63,878 bases of DNA, filler included, from an uncultured bacterium (GCA_964449065.1; 4 parts of 4 records of this genome joined end to end with filler, not necessarily neighbours in it), one strand, 5' to 3'; positions 1-10,414 are shown, counted from the whole stretch's first letter. Made by a program: numbers and translations. Notes: generated from the sequence alone by a model not told the origin.

Positions 1-87
1 TGAGAAAATCGATTCGATTTTTTGAAAATGCACTTCATATCGCTGACCTGTTACAAAAAAGGATTAGCTTAAATGGAGGAAAATAAT

Positions 88-197
88 TAGTACAGTGTCA
101 ACGTTTTATTGACGGGTATCGATCCCCCCTAGCCCCCCTTAACAAGGGGGGGGGACAACGGAAATCCAGCCGTCATTTTTAGATTGACACAATACTA
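88..197. mobile_element. MITE-like element with inverted arms enclosing a REP-like hairpin
   Basis: Arm TAGTACAGTGTCAA (88-101) matches the reverse complement of TTGACACAATACTA (184-197) at 12/14. The inner CCCCCTTAACAAGGGGG hairpin recurs at about 60711-60745. Confidence 0.6.
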
Positions 198-220
198 GAC
201 ACTATTCACTAACCACTGCC

Positions 221-1159
221 TTACTCACACATTGCGGCCTGCAAATAATCCGTCGCGAGTTGGAGGCAGTAGCGGTCATCCATCCAGGCGGGGTTTAATA
301 CTTCATTGTTCTTTAATCCGTTTAAATGGCGGTGTACCAAATCCCACTCGCCGAATTCACACAACCCATACGGATACACATACTGTGTCTTTCGGCTGGT
401 GTTGGTGTAGTCATACGTCCCATTCTCACGGATGATGCCATCCAAATAGCGGCAGGCTTTTTTCGCCGCCGGGGGAATCGCCTCATACTTCGACTGCTCG
501 TAATACTTTGCCAGCAAAGAGAGGGTGATCGTCAAATAGCCGGTATCCGCCCCGCCGTATTCGGCAAAGTAGCCATCGGGATGCTGCATGGACAGCAGCT
601 GATCCATCCGCTCTCTCCCCCACCCGATGATGGTTTCATCGTGCAATACTTCTCCGCAGATATGCAGCGCCACCGCTGACGCCGCCATCTGATTCAGTAC
701 ATCGGGGTTATCATGTTTGGAAAGCCACACCGCCGCTTTCTTCATTGCATCTTTCGGGCAGGCGCATGAGAGCAGCCGCATGGTTTCCGACGCGGCATAT
801 AATGTGAACGATGTCACGCAAAACGAGCGTTCAAAGGGCCAATATTCATTAAAACTGCCGTCTGGATTCTGAATCTGTGCCCATACATCTACCGCGGCCT
901 TTGCCCATTCAAACACGTTGCGGTTTTGATAAAAACGGTTTTCGGGATGATTGTAGTAATAGAGAAGCGCTAAAAAATGCCCGGCTTCTTGAAAGCGTGA
1001 GTTGATAAAATCCACCTGGCGGTAATGCCAATAATAGCGGTCAAAACAACCAAATGTCGGCGAGGACGGCTCTAAATCCCCAAAGCCCAATATCCGGTAG
1101 GCTTGATTGACCGCCGCCGTCCCATACAACGTCAGGTCAGACTGTACTGCGTCTTCCAT
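221..1159 (-). CDS. Hypothetical (alpha/alpha)-barrel, prenyltransferase-like fold protein of a type seen in polysaccharide loci
   Basis: ORF 221..1279; likely start MEDAVQ at 1159, overlapping the upstream gene end. Motifs SPTFGCFDRYYWHY, QNPDGSFNEY and QHPDGYFAEYGGAD (QxxDGxF repeats). Confidence 0.6.
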   Translation of the reverse strand: MEDAVQSDLTLYGTAAVNQAYRILGFGDLEPSSPTFGCFDRYYWHYRQVDFINSRFQEAGHFLALLYYYNHPENRFYQNRNVFEWAKAAVDVWAQIQNPDGSFNEYWPFERSFCVTSFTLYAASETMRLLSCACPKDAMKKAAVWLSKHDNPDVLNQMAASAVALHICGEVLHDETIIGWGRERMDQLLSMQHPDGYFAEYGGADTGYLTITLSLLAKYYEQSKYEAIPPAAKKACRYLDGIIRENGTYDYTNTSRKTQYVYPYGLCEFGEWDLVHRHLNGLKNNEVLNPAWMDDRYCLQLATDYLQAAMCE

Positions 1160-1827
1160 TCCCGATCCCATCCCAGACCAATTGCCTGAATTTTCGCTTC
1201 CAACTGTCCCGCGCTCACAACATACCAATACAACATCCGTAAAATTGTGTTTTGCAGGTTTAAAATCTGCTTGCGCCATACCCGGTTGCTTTCCGAAGTG
1301 ATCATCACCAGTTCCACATCACCTTCCGGAAAGGTATCTTCATGAATCATCTGCGCGTACGCCGAGTGATAGCGGCTCACAAACTTGAGGTATGATTTTA
1401 CACCGTTTTCCAAAATCCATGAGCGCAGCCGCAGTTGTCCATCCACTTTACTATCGACATTCCATTGCACGGATTGAACCGCATCCGGTGGTACCCCTTT
1501 CTCCACCAACTGCCGCACTGTCAATTCGTGTAAAGAAACCGGATTACCATTTCTCTCAATCAAGCGTTTTTCATCGTAAACGACCACTATCCGCTCGACG
1601 ATTCCGGTTTGCTGTAATTCTACGATCGTATCCAGACTTGACCCCAACCCCACACCAATGAACACGACCTCCGCCGGTTTAACCTCCGTTTTATATACCA
1701 AAAACCACTCCAACAGCAGCCCGGGCAAGAAAGCAAGTGCGATAATCACAACGATCAAAAGCAATAATAATTGCTTCCACCGCTTATCCCAAAACAACTT
1801 CCACCGGGTAACCAATTTCGTTATCAT
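1132..1827 (-). CDS. Membrane-anchored YdcF/DUF218-like protein
   Basis: N-terminal TM helix, then 'EWFLVYKTEVKPAEVVFI', 'LVEKGVPPDAV' and 'VSRYH', a degenerate DUF218 pattern. Confidence 0.5.
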   Translation of the reverse strand: MITKLVTRWKLFWDKRWKQLLLLLIVVIIALAFLPGLLLEWFLVYKTEVKPAEVVFIGVGLGSSLDTIVELQQTGIVERIVVVYDEKRLIERNGNPVSLHELTVRQLVEKGVPPDAVQSVQWNVDSKVDGQLRLRSWILENGVKSYLKFVSRYHSAYAQMIHEDTFPEGDVELVMITSESNRVWRKQILNLQNTILRMLYWYVVSAGQLEAKIQAIGLGWDREWKTQYSLT

Positions 1828-1859
1828 CGAATCAATAAATCCTTATGTTCTATTTATAA

Positions 1860-2068
1860 ACTCACGTTACGGCGTAGCGTACTTCCAAGATATTTTAACC
1901 CCAGAGACAATGAGAACACGGAGTGATTGAAAAGATATCGTTTTCATTCGTATTCATCAAAGTGGGCAAAGCCTATGAAATTGCTGCAAACGTGAATGAA
2001 ACCCCGTATTTCATTCGCGGTTATTCGCGTACATTCGCGGTTAAATAATAGTCTTGCGTAACATGAGT
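1860..2068. mobile_element. MITE-like element with ACTCACGTTACG / CGTAACATGAGT arms
   Basis: The same arm occurs at about 17180-17197, 50846-50862 and 51143-51159. The interior has ATTCGCG repeats (2013-2040), also seen inverted at 60545-60565. Confidence 0.5.
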
Positions 2069-2350
2069 GATTAAATCATTCGCACAGTCTATCGACTACG
2101 TACTCCCCAAAGTGAGGGTAGATGTGAGGGCTTAAGAGATAAAGACTAATTCCATCCACCAACAAGTAAATAGGGAGAATTTTTTACTTTTAAAGTAGCA
2201 GGCAATTCAAGTTTGCGAGAGGTTTATATGCACCTACATTTACCGGATAGAAACCGATGCTCCCCGGCTATTCAAATCTGAAACGCTAATCCAAAAAGAT
2301 AACGCTCAGGCAAAGAAACAGCACTTTCAGGAAACCACGCAAATCACAGT

Positions 2351-2425
2351 TTACTAACAGCTTTATCCCCGCCATTTTCAACAAGTTTAAAAGTTTTTTA
2401 CAGGGTTATCCAAAAGTTATCCACA
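2351..2425 (+). promoter_or_regulatory. Array of co-oriented DnaA boxes; candidate replication origin (oriC)
   Basis: TTACTAACA 2351, TTATCCCCG 2363, TTTTCAACA 2375, TTTTTTACA 2394, TTATCCAAA 2406 and perfect TTATCCACA 2417. Spacing is mostly 11-12 bp, in a ~970-bp non-coding region with AT-rich DNA downstream. Confidence 0.6.
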
Positions 2426-2795
2426 GGGGAAAAACATCATTCCTTTGTAACTTTACAAAAAATTGTTTCATAATGCTTCAATTTAACATTTGTTGGGGTT
2501 ATACCACTGCAAATAAATAATGACTGATAAGCGCGGCGTAAACCAAGCGAAAGGAAGATGTTAAGTATTCAATATGCAGCAATCTCAAATTGCATAGGTA
2601 TTAGAATGATTCACGTTAAAAAAACTTAGGTAGCATCGGCTTTCAGCCGGTGCGTTAAACAATTACATCGATTATATTTAGGATTTTCGGAATTAATACC
2701 CGTTTCGACTTTCTTTCGCTGAGACTTATCGCCGCGCTTACTCTACTCTCCAATATAGAAACGCTTTGAAGCAATCATTCCACACAATCGATACA

Positions 2796-4964
2796 TTATT
2801 CATCCTGAACAAATGATTCAAACGAATCCGGAAACCAGCGTCTCTTATCGGCAGCTTGGCCGATGGGGAGATTGCGGTTGCGGCGGACAAGCGCTTTGTA
2901 GTATTTATCCGCCAATTGGGGATGTTTGTTTTTCAAGTAGATTCCGCCAAGATACAAAGCCTTTGCGGTACGCATATCGTTATCCGGAAGCAGATGGGCG
3001 GCTTCCCACATCATATTGGCGGCTTGGTAGCGGTAATGAAAGCGCATATAGGGTTGGGGCAGGTGCAAAATTTTGCGTTTCAGTTCCTCATCACCCGCTG
3101 TAAGAGCCTCTTTCAATTGGGGGTGCCAATCCTCTACTCCGGTTTCCAATTCTGGCCCCCATACATCTTTGCGGTCTGAGTAGCCTTTTTCAGGTAGATT
3201 CATACGGGTTTCGGAAGGGCCGGTTAAGTCAAAGCTCCCGCCATACATCATCCAATCAGGATCGGTGTAGGTTCCCTGCATTTCCATGCCATATTTGCGC
3301 AGCAATTCTCCAGCGGTCAGGTAGTTTTCTCCGCGAATGGTATCGGGATGGTAGAGGTAATCGGCTTTTTTGTATGCCTCAATAAACGTCTGCAACTGCG
3401 TTTTGTATTCGGGTTCTGCGTATAGTAGGGCTTGATCCCACTGACGGTTGCGGGCATAGCGGTGGGATAGAAGTGTGGGCAGATGCAGTGAATCGTTATA
3501 CCTGCTGATGCGTTGATCATATTGATCGATAACCGATTCGAGTTCGTCGGTCGTAAGAACATATTCGGCGATATAGGCGGCGTCTTCCCAATATTCTGCC
3601 CGCATGAAGAGATCAAGCGCTTCGAGGTATTCTTTGCGGCCCAAGTGGATCACGCCAAGTTCACAGAGAACATCGGTGTTGGCGTTGCGTTTAAACGCAG
3701 GAACCAACCCGCGTAGAATTTCGACAGCCTCATCAATTTTGCCGTCGCGCAGCAGGAGTTTGGATTGCACCCACTTGCCTTCCGGGGTGTGCTCTACGCT
3801 TTGGTTGAGCCAACGGCGGGCGCGGTTGAAATCTCCTAACTGATATGAGAGCCAGGCAAATCGGTCGGTTTCTCCAGGAAGGTATCGCGGCTTTGCTTGT
3901 TCGACAGCATCCAGCCACTTTTGCCGGACTACATCATCGCGGCGGAGGCCAGTGAACCATGCGGTCACCACTTGGCGGGAAGTAGCATCTTGGATGATGT
4001 CCGGTGAGATGGCTGCTTCGCGGGTAATGCGTTTGTTGATCAAGCGCAGTGAGGTCAAAGCTGCGCGTTTTTCTGCTTTGGCATGATTAAGGTAATAGTG
4101 GATGGCTTCTTTATAATTGCCCAGCAGATATTGGCAGTGAGCGATCCAGCCGTTGCTGTCGATGGCCAGGCCGGGGGTGTCGATAAAACCTTCGTCGGCC
4201 AGCGCTTGGGTTTGGTGGAAGTATTGAAGCGCTTGGGTGGCATCTTGATTGTATTCAACCACTTCCCGCCGGTAATATTCTCTCCCGCGGATGGTGTAGG
4301 TTGAGTCTTGCACCAAAGCGGTTTTGCCCAGCATATAAGCCGACCAGGTTGAGCGGTATTGCCGTTCATCTTGCGGCAGTGCCAGCAGGTCTTTCCATTT
4401 GGAAACGGCGGTATCAAAGCGGTTGGCACGGTAGGCGGCGGCGCCTTCGGCATACAATCGAAATTCGGTGGGGATGGCATTCAGCACACCGTTGTATCGC
4501 GTGAAGGCAAACGGGTCTTTTTCTTTGTGATTGTTTCCATAAAGATATTCCGTGGGATACTGTTCATTCATGTCCTTGCGCATGGTGGAATAGCGAGTGA
4601 CAAGTTCCTTTAAGTCATCCTCCTGCATTCCTGTATCCTTCAGAGCTTTCATCAAGTCTTGTTCATCGGCATTAAGAGTGTTTTGCCAGGATTGAGTTTG
4701 TTCATACTTCACGTTGACGGCATCCCGATTGGTGTAATGGGCATCTTCGTAATAGACATTAAACTTATTTTCGAAGGCTCTGCCTTTGATCTCAGGGTGC
4801 AGCATACGGTAGATTTCGACATTAAAGACAGTACGTGGGATACCCAGAACATAAGCCTCCATACCGGAGAGGTAGGATGAGGGCAGATGAGGCCCGCAGG
4901 TGTAGCCGGTGTAGAGGATTCCGGTAATGAAAAGGGGAATAAAGATCAAGAGACAGCGTTTCAT
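2796..4964 (-). CDS. Exported TPR-like helical repeat protein (DUF3142 partner)
   Basis: Signal peptide followed by CGP, TPR-like repeats and C-terminal RFHYRYQAA. Overlaps the DUF3142 gene stop by 4 bp. Confidence 0.7.
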   Translation of the reverse strand: MKRCLLIFIPLFITGILYTGYTCGPHLPSSYLSGMEAYVLGIPRTVFNVEIYRMLHPEIKGRAFENKFNVYYEDAHYTNRDAVNVKYEQTQSWQNTLNADEQDLMKALKDTGMQEDDLKELVTRYSTMRKDMNEQYPTEYLYGNNHKEKDPFAFTRYNGVLNAIPTEFRLYAEGAAAYRANRFDTAVSKWKDLLALPQDERQYRSTWSAYMLGKTALVQDSTYTIRGREYYRREVVEYNQDATQALQYFHQTQALADEGFIDTPGLAIDSNGWIAHCQYLLGNYKEAIHYYLNHAKAEKRAALTSLRLINKRITREAAISPDIIQDATSRQVVTAWFTGLRRDDVVRQKWLDAVEQAKPRYLPGETDRFAWLSYQLGDFNRARRWLNQSVEHTPEGKWVQSKLLLRDGKIDEAVEILRGLVPAFKRNANTDVLCELGVIHLGRKEYLEALDLFMRAEYWEDAAYIAEYVLTTDELESVIDQYDQRISRYNDSLHLPTLLSHRYARNRQWDQALLYAEPEYKTQLQTFIEAYKKADYLYHPDTIRGENYLTAGELLRKYGMEMQGTYTDPDWMMYGGSFDLTGPSETRMNLPEKGYSDRKDVWGPELETGVEDWHPQLKEALTAGDEELKRKILHLPQPYMRFHYRYQAANMMWEAAHLLPDNDMRTAKALYLGGIYLKNKHPQLADKYYKALVRRNRNLPIGQAADKRRWFPDSFESFVQDE

Positions 4965-6247
4965 TTCAATACTTCAACATTCTTCACTTTAATGGGATTG
5001 GATTCAATCTTATTTTGTGGGTTCAACCGTATCCAGCAAGCGAGGACGGCTTGATCTTGTTTGGGAGCCCTGCCTGTTATGCGTTTGAGTCCATCCATCG
5101 TCTCATACCCGTTCATCATATCGTATGCCAGTACGGCATCTTGGTTTAGGTCTAATTCTAACACAATTTTGTGAGGAGTGTGTTGGCTTCCGGTGTTGTG
5201 CACCCACACTTCCGCCAGCTGCGGGTTGATTTCCTTAATTTCTGCCTCAAAAGTGAGCGGCGGCACCTCTCCACGCATGACCGCTTGCAGCGCGTCCCAC
5301 GACCAGTTGAGACGGTCATCATCCACCGGCAGCCGGAACCAGATCACCCCTTTGCAGTAGAGGGGGCGTTCGGCATTAAGCGACCGCACAACCGCCGCAA
5401 GCGCCTGTTCATCCGCCATAATCGTTTCCACGCTATAACCTTCTTGCAGCAGGGGTTCAAAGCCCTCAGCGCTGAGGTTAAGGTACTGCCCGTGCGGATC
5501 GAAATACACCCGGTAACCGTAGGTTGGCAGCGACAGGTAAAAGGGGTGGCGGGTTTGGTTGGCGGTTTGCAAATAGCGCGGGAAGTTTTTATGATTGAAG
5601 ATCGGTTTCACTTCACCGGCGTTGGCAGGCATCTCGAAGGAATGTACCTGCAAGACATAGTAATCCGTCTGGCGGACAACATCATCGAAATAGCGGCTGG
5701 TCATCCAAGTGGGCAGCGCGGTGATGGAGAGTTCTACGTCTGAATGGTTCTGTTTGAAATGTTTGAGCCATTCGGAAAAATCGCGCAGTTTGGATGTCGG
5801 GCAGTCGTAATCGACCTGAATGCCGCGGATGTCGATCCCCTGCTCTTTGGCGTGCCCCACAATCCCCAAAACGGGCTGGATGAAGAGTTCATCCATAAAG
5901 GTATATTCATCCTTTTTGAGCCAGCGTTTGTTTGAGTTAAAGATGCGGTAAACCAGCGTGATGGGGTGGTCTAACTCTTGCAGGGTTTGCCAATCGCTAT
6001 CGCTAAGGTGGATATCAAAAGCGCTCCAATCCTTATCGATGCTGCCTCCGAAGACAAAGTAGTGATTCGCTTCTTCCCGCGAACGGTGGATCGCTTCTTT
6101 GACCGCGGGTGTCCACTGCTTTTGCCAGACGTAGAAGCCGGTTTGCATGGGTTCGCTAGGAGGCGGGGGTATGTTTTGTTGCTGGAAATACAGGTAGCCT
6201 GCGGTGCATAGCAGAATAGCGGTGATTATGAAAATAGTGTAACGCAT
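4961..6247 (-). CDS. DUF3142 family protein (GH18-like TIM barrel)
   Basis: Motifs YVWQKQWTPAV, GIQVDYDCPTSKL, LSITALPTW, YVLQVH and VIWFRLP; N-terminal membrane anchor. Confidence 0.8.
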   Translation of the reverse strand: MRYTIFIITAILLCTAGYLYFQQQNIPPPPSEPMQTGFYVWQKQWTPAVKEAIHRSREEANHYFVFGGSIDKDWSAFDIHLSDSDWQTLQELDHPITLVYRIFNSNKRWLKKDEYTFMDELFIQPVLGIVGHAKEQGIDIRGIQVDYDCPTSKLRDFSEWLKHFKQNHSDVELSITALPTWMTSRYFDDVVRQTDYYVLQVHSFEMPANAGEVKPIFNHKNFPRYLQTANQTRHPFYLSLPTYGYRVYFDPHGQYLNLSAEGFEPLLQEGYSVETIMADEQALAAVVRSLNAERPLYCKGVIWFRLPVDDDRLNWSWDALQAVMRGEVPPLTFEAEIKEINPQLAEVWVHNTGSQHTPHKIVLELDLNQDAVLAYDMMNGYETMDGLKRITGRAPKQDQAVLACWIRLNPQNKIESNPIKVKNVEVLK

Positions 6248-6428
6248 AGGGGTATCGTAGAGTTTGGTATCATAGTAAAGAACGGATGATATGGGCTTAT
6301 GTTACTCATAAATTGTCAGAATCGGGATGGCCGGGATGGGGCAGGATTTACAAGATAACAGCGAAAGGCGAATGCACCACAGAGGCACGGAGGGAATAGA
6401 GAGTAATTGATGGGGTTCGTGGACAGCT

Positions 6429-6611
6429 TTAACCCATATTATAAATCCTTCGTTCCATTTCTTCATTGGAGATCACCCGGTCATTACGGGAATCATCCAA
6501 CCCACGCTCAATCATGTTGGAAAAGATAAGTTCACGAATTATTTCTTCCGACGAAGAATCATCCGGCTGTTGTTCAATAATTTGAGTTAATTTCTCTTTC
6601 ACGTTTGGCAT
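6429..6611 (-). CDS. Small orphan antitoxin-like protein
   Basis: MPNVKEKLTQIIEQQPDDSS..MIERGLDDSRNDRVISNEEM resembles small proteins found upstream of RelE/ParE toxins. No toxin ORF follows. Confidence 0.55.
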   Translation of the reverse strand: MPNVKEKLTQIIEQQPDDSSSEEIIRELIFSNMIERGLDDSRNDRVISNEEMERRIYNMG

Positions 6612-6767
6612 TTTGCACTCCACTTTTGAAAAGAATAAATGGTATTCTATCACATTTTTTTATACATTCAGAGTTATCGATGTTTTCGCGAACGGATTCA
6701 ATCCATCCTACCATTCGGTGTGAGTTTCCTTTATGATGAATGCACATTTTATCTAAGGAATAATATC

Positions 6768-8504
6768 ATGCCTAAGATCACTTTTGCTTTCATAAGTTTT
6801 TTATTGTTCACGCTGTTCATTCTTCCACCAACTTACCCTCAGGATTATGAAGTTGAGTTCCGCCATAACGTGATGATCCCCATGAGTGACGGGGTGGAGT
6901 TGGCCGCGAATATCTTTATCCCCAAAGCAGAGGGGCCGTTCCCCACGATCTTGATGCGCAGCCCCTACGGCAAGGGGAAAGAAGATTTTCGCGATGGTCA
7001 GTATTACGGCTCGCATGGGTATGCGGTCGTCATTCAAGACACGCGCGGCAAGGGCGGTTCCGAAGGCGAGTGGGATCCGTTCCGCTATGACGGCCAGGAT
7101 GGCTATGACACGCAGATGTGGATCGGAAAACAGGAATGGTGCAATGGGGATATCGGTACCATCGGCGGATCGTACGTTGGATTTACGCAATGGATATCGG
7201 CTCCCCACGACAGCCCGCACCTCAAAGCGATGGTTCCGGAAGTGCCGTTTGCGGAAGCATACAATGTGATGTATGTCGGCGGGGTCTATCAGCTGGCTCT
7301 TAGCAATTTGTGGGGGACGTTCGTGTTTCCGAAATTTGACGCATCGAAGGTTGATCCGCAAAAATTGCAGGAAGGATTTATGCACCTGCCCCTTACGGAT
7401 TGGGAAAGCGTGGTGGGGATGAAAATCCCCTACATCAACAAATGGATCACGAATCCATCGTATAATGAGTATTGGAAGAAGCGGGGCATTGGGCCGGAAG
7501 GATATCAGAATATCGATATGCCAACGCTGAGTTTCGGCGGGTGGTATGACATCTTTTCAAAAGCCACTCTGGAGATCGCGGATAGGGTGCATCATCAATC
7601 CAACGATTTGGCGATGCGCAAGCACCAGTATGTGGTGCTGGGACCGTGGCATCACGGCGGCAGCGACAACGGCAAGGTGGGCGAACTCGACTTTGGAGAG
7701 CTTGCCGACTTGGACCGCCGCCCCATGCGGTTGAAATGGTTCGACTATTGGCTCAATCACAAAGAAACCGGCGTGGAAGATTGGCCTCCAATCTATTTGT
7801 TTGTGATGGGAAGCAACAAATGGCGCGGTGAGAATGAATGGCCGCTGGCACGAACGGAATGGACAAAGTTTTATATCAATAGCGGCGGCAGTGCGAATAC
7901 AAAGGGCGGTGATGGCGCGTTAAGCACATCGCATCCATCATCTAATGAAACGGATACATATACCTATGATCCGATGAATCCGGTCCCCTCTTTGGGAGGG
8001 AATCATTTGGCGGGGATTCCGCCGGGGCCGTATGATCAATCGAAAATTGAAGAGCGTGAAGATGTGTTGGTGTATACATCCAGGCCGTTGGAGGAAGATA
8101 TTGAGGTGACGGGGCCGGTCAAGATGACGCTGTATGCCTCATCATCAGTAAAGGATACCGATTTCACGGCGAAATTGGTGGACGTGCATCCGGACGGGAA
8201 AGCGTATAACCTCTGCGATGGGATTGTGCGGGCGCGTTACCGCAATGGCACGGATGAAGAATCGTTGATCGAACCGGGGAAGGTGTATGAGTATGAAATT
8301 GATTTATGGGTAACCAGCAATACGTTCTTAAAGGGACACCGCATCCGGGTGGAGGTATCCAGCAGCAATTTTCCACGGTTTACACGAAACACCAATACGG
8401 GAAACCCCATCGCAACCGATACGGAAGTCATCAAAGCCAAGCAGGTAATCTATCATGACACGGAGCGGCCGTCGCATATCTTGCTGCCGGTGATACCGAA
8501 ATAG
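6768..8504 (+). CDS. CocE/NonD family serine hydrolase (peptidase S15), secreted
   Basis: Signal peptide, IPMSDGVELAA, RSPYGK, nucleophile motif GGSYVG, GWYD, GPWHH and C-terminal SSSNFPRF. RBS AAGGA upstream. Confidence 0.92.
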   Translation: MPKITFAFISFLLFTLFILPPTYPQDYEVEFRHNVMIPMSDGVELAANIFIPKAEGPFPTILMRSPYGKGKEDFRDGQYYGSHGYAVVIQDTRGKGGSEGEWDPFRYDGQDGYDTQMWIGKQEWCNGDIGTIGGSYVGFTQWISAPHDSPHLKAMVPEVPFAEAYNVMYVGGVYQLALSNLWGTFVFPKFDASKVDPQKLQEGFMHLPLTDWESVVGMKIPYINKWITNPSYNEYWKKRGIGPEGYQNIDMPTLSFGGWYDIFSKATLEIADRVHHQSNDLAMRKHQYVVLGPWHHGGSDNGKVGELDFGELADLDRRPMRLKWFDYWLNHKETGVEDWPPIYLFVMGSNKWRGENEWPLARTEWTKFYINSGGSANTKGGDGALSTSHPSSNETDTYTYDPMNPVPSLGGNHLAGIPPGPYDQSKIEEREDVLVYTSRPLEEDIEVTGPVKMTLYASSSVKDTDFTAKLVDVHPDGKAYNLCDGIVRARYRNGTDEESLIEPGKVYEYEIDLWVTSNTFLKGHRIRVEVSSSNFPRFTRNTNTGNPIATDTEVIKAKQVIYHDTERPSHILLPVIPK

Positions 8505-8515
8505 AGGATAAAGTC

Positions 8516-8775
<260 letters not shown>

Positions 8776-8997
8776 ATGAGCGAAGACAATACGAACAAGG
8801 ATATCACTGAAGATGTCATGCTGGATGAGTATGATTTTTCAGACGGCGTGCAGGGCAAGTACTTCAAAGAAGTGCATACGTCTTCGAATGTGGTTGTGCT
8901 GGAACCCGATGTCGCCGAGAGGTTCCCCAATTCCTCCGCGGTCAATCAAGCGCTGCGTGCGCTGATGCGGATTCAAGATGAGAAGAATAAGAAGTAA
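8776..8997 (+). CDS. BrnA-like antitoxin
   Basis: MLDEYDFSDGVQGKY...VVLEPDVAERFPNSSAVNQALRAL, directly after the brnT remnant. Confidence 0.8.
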   Translation: MSEDNTNKDITEDVMLDEYDFSDGVQGKYFKEVHTSSNVVVLEPDVAERFPNSSAVNQALRALMRIQDEKNKK

Positions 8998-9435
8998 TGC
9001 TGCTGCCTACCCCGTGGGCTGCTTCGCGAGCCTACCCCAAAAATTCAGTCTGTTTTCATTTCTTCCATACTTGATTCTATCATGGTGTTGATAAGATTTT
9101 CGGTACAGTTTGCTACTGCCAAAATATTGTTGAAATGTTTTTGCTTCAGGGATGTTATACTCTTCTGCGATGATGATCCCCTCTTTAACTGCCATCACGC
9201 TTTTGGATTCCGTATAGGGCTTCCAATTACTGCTGGGAACCGTGAGGCTCCAGCTGGTGAATTCATTTAATTTCTTGGGATTGAAGTTTAGGGATTGGTT
9301 GTACACTGATGATGTGTTTTTTTGGCAGTCGTTATTTGGTGAGGGGAAGGATTGAGCAAGGGTGTGTAATTGTTGGTTCAAAAAAAAGAGCGGGAACAAT
9401 ATACAGAAACGTTCTCATAATACAATCCTCATAAT

Positions 9436-9696
9436 TCATTTGCGGTAAGCATCTTTGCGGTGTGAGATTTTAATTACATAAACCAATAGTTTGTTATCGA
9501 ATATCTCATAAATTACACGGTAATCGCCGATTCGTATACGGTATTCGTTTTTAGAGTCCTCCAGTTTTTTGCAGAAAAGGGGACGAGGATTTTCCGTTAA
9601 TTTCCTAATGGATCGTAAGATTTTCAAAGCCAATTTCGCTTCGAGTTTATTGAGTATTTTTGTTGCATTACGGCTAAATTCTATTTTATATCTCAT
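9436..9696 (-). CDS. RelE/ParE family toxin
   Basis: MRYKIEFSRNA...LTENPRP..CKKL...YRIRIGDYRVIYEI...HRKDAYR. Confidence 0.92.
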   Translation of the reverse strand: MRYKIEFSRNATKILNKLEAKLALKILRSIRKLTENPRPLFCKKLEDSKNEYRIRIGDYRVIYEIFDNKLLVYVIKISHRKDAYRK

Positions 9697-9943
9697 GATC
9701 CAGCGTATTTTTAAATCTTGATTGTGTGTTATTCCAAACTTCTTCAAATGGTATTGGCTTAACTTTGGAATCCATTTCTTCCTGTTTTATTCGTCTCGCT
9801 TTATCAATATCTTCTTGTAGATTCTCATCCGTATCTTCTTGAAATTCGAAGATATCTTTCGTCATCACATAATCGAAAACGATTTGCTTTTCACTTGGAG
9901 GGAGTTTCTCGTATTGATCGATGACTTGTTGACTGGTGATCAT
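9686..9943 (-). CDS. Putative antitoxin of the RelE toxin
   Basis: Small acidic protein with an IPFEEV motif, overlapping the toxin start. Confidence 0.7.
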   Translation of the reverse strand: MITSQQVIDQYEKLPPSEKQIVFDYVMTKDIFEFQEDTDENLQEDIDKARRIKQEEMDSKVKPIPFEEVWNNTQSRFKNTLDHEI

Positions 9944-10147
9944 GCCAAACCTCTACAGAATTATTCAGGTTTCTATTGTTTCACACTTTTTTTCTATCCA
10001 TAAATGTATCGTACAAAGATGATAACACGTTCTGAAGTTAAAAGCGATATTAAAGGTTAGAGCAGCAAGCCCTTTCCGGTTTTGTTCTTACTTGTACACA
10101 CTTTAATGAGGAACACGGTAGGGCATAACGCGTCCCACCTTACTATT

Positions 10148-10414
10148 TTATTTTGTTTTCATTTCTTCCATGCGTGATTCTATCATGGTGTTGATAAGAG
10201 TTTTGGTACTGACTCCACGGGAATGGGCGATTTGACGAACACTTTCGAGTAATTTACCATCAATAGGTATGTAGAAACGGTTTTGAAGGGGATTCGAAAC
10301 GTCAAACTCAACGGGTTCGGTTTGATCCCAGACCTCTCCAAGACTATGGGTATCCCAATACTCAGCCATTTCTTCATAACTGTTATGTTCTGGAATTGAT
10401 TTATTTTCGCTCAT
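10148..10414 (-). CDS. CopG/BrnA-type antitoxin
   Basis: IPEHNSYEEMAEYWDTHSL followed by a C-terminal ribbon-helix-helix pattern (RQIAHSRGVSTKTLIN); lies downstream of the toxin. Confidence 0.82.
   Translation of the reverse strand: MSENKSIPEHNSYEEMAEYWDTHSLGEVWDQTEPVEFDVSNPLQNRFYIPIDGKLLESVRQIAHSRGVSTKTLINTMIESRMEEMKTK

Noticed and set aside
9007..9399. 130-aa minus-strand ORF
   Set aside because: TTG start, no recognisable motif, and it runs through the antitoxin remnant; likely decayed DNA.
8998..10147. TA genes as integron cassettes
   Set aside because: No attC core-site structure or integrase seen, and cassette orientations are mixed.
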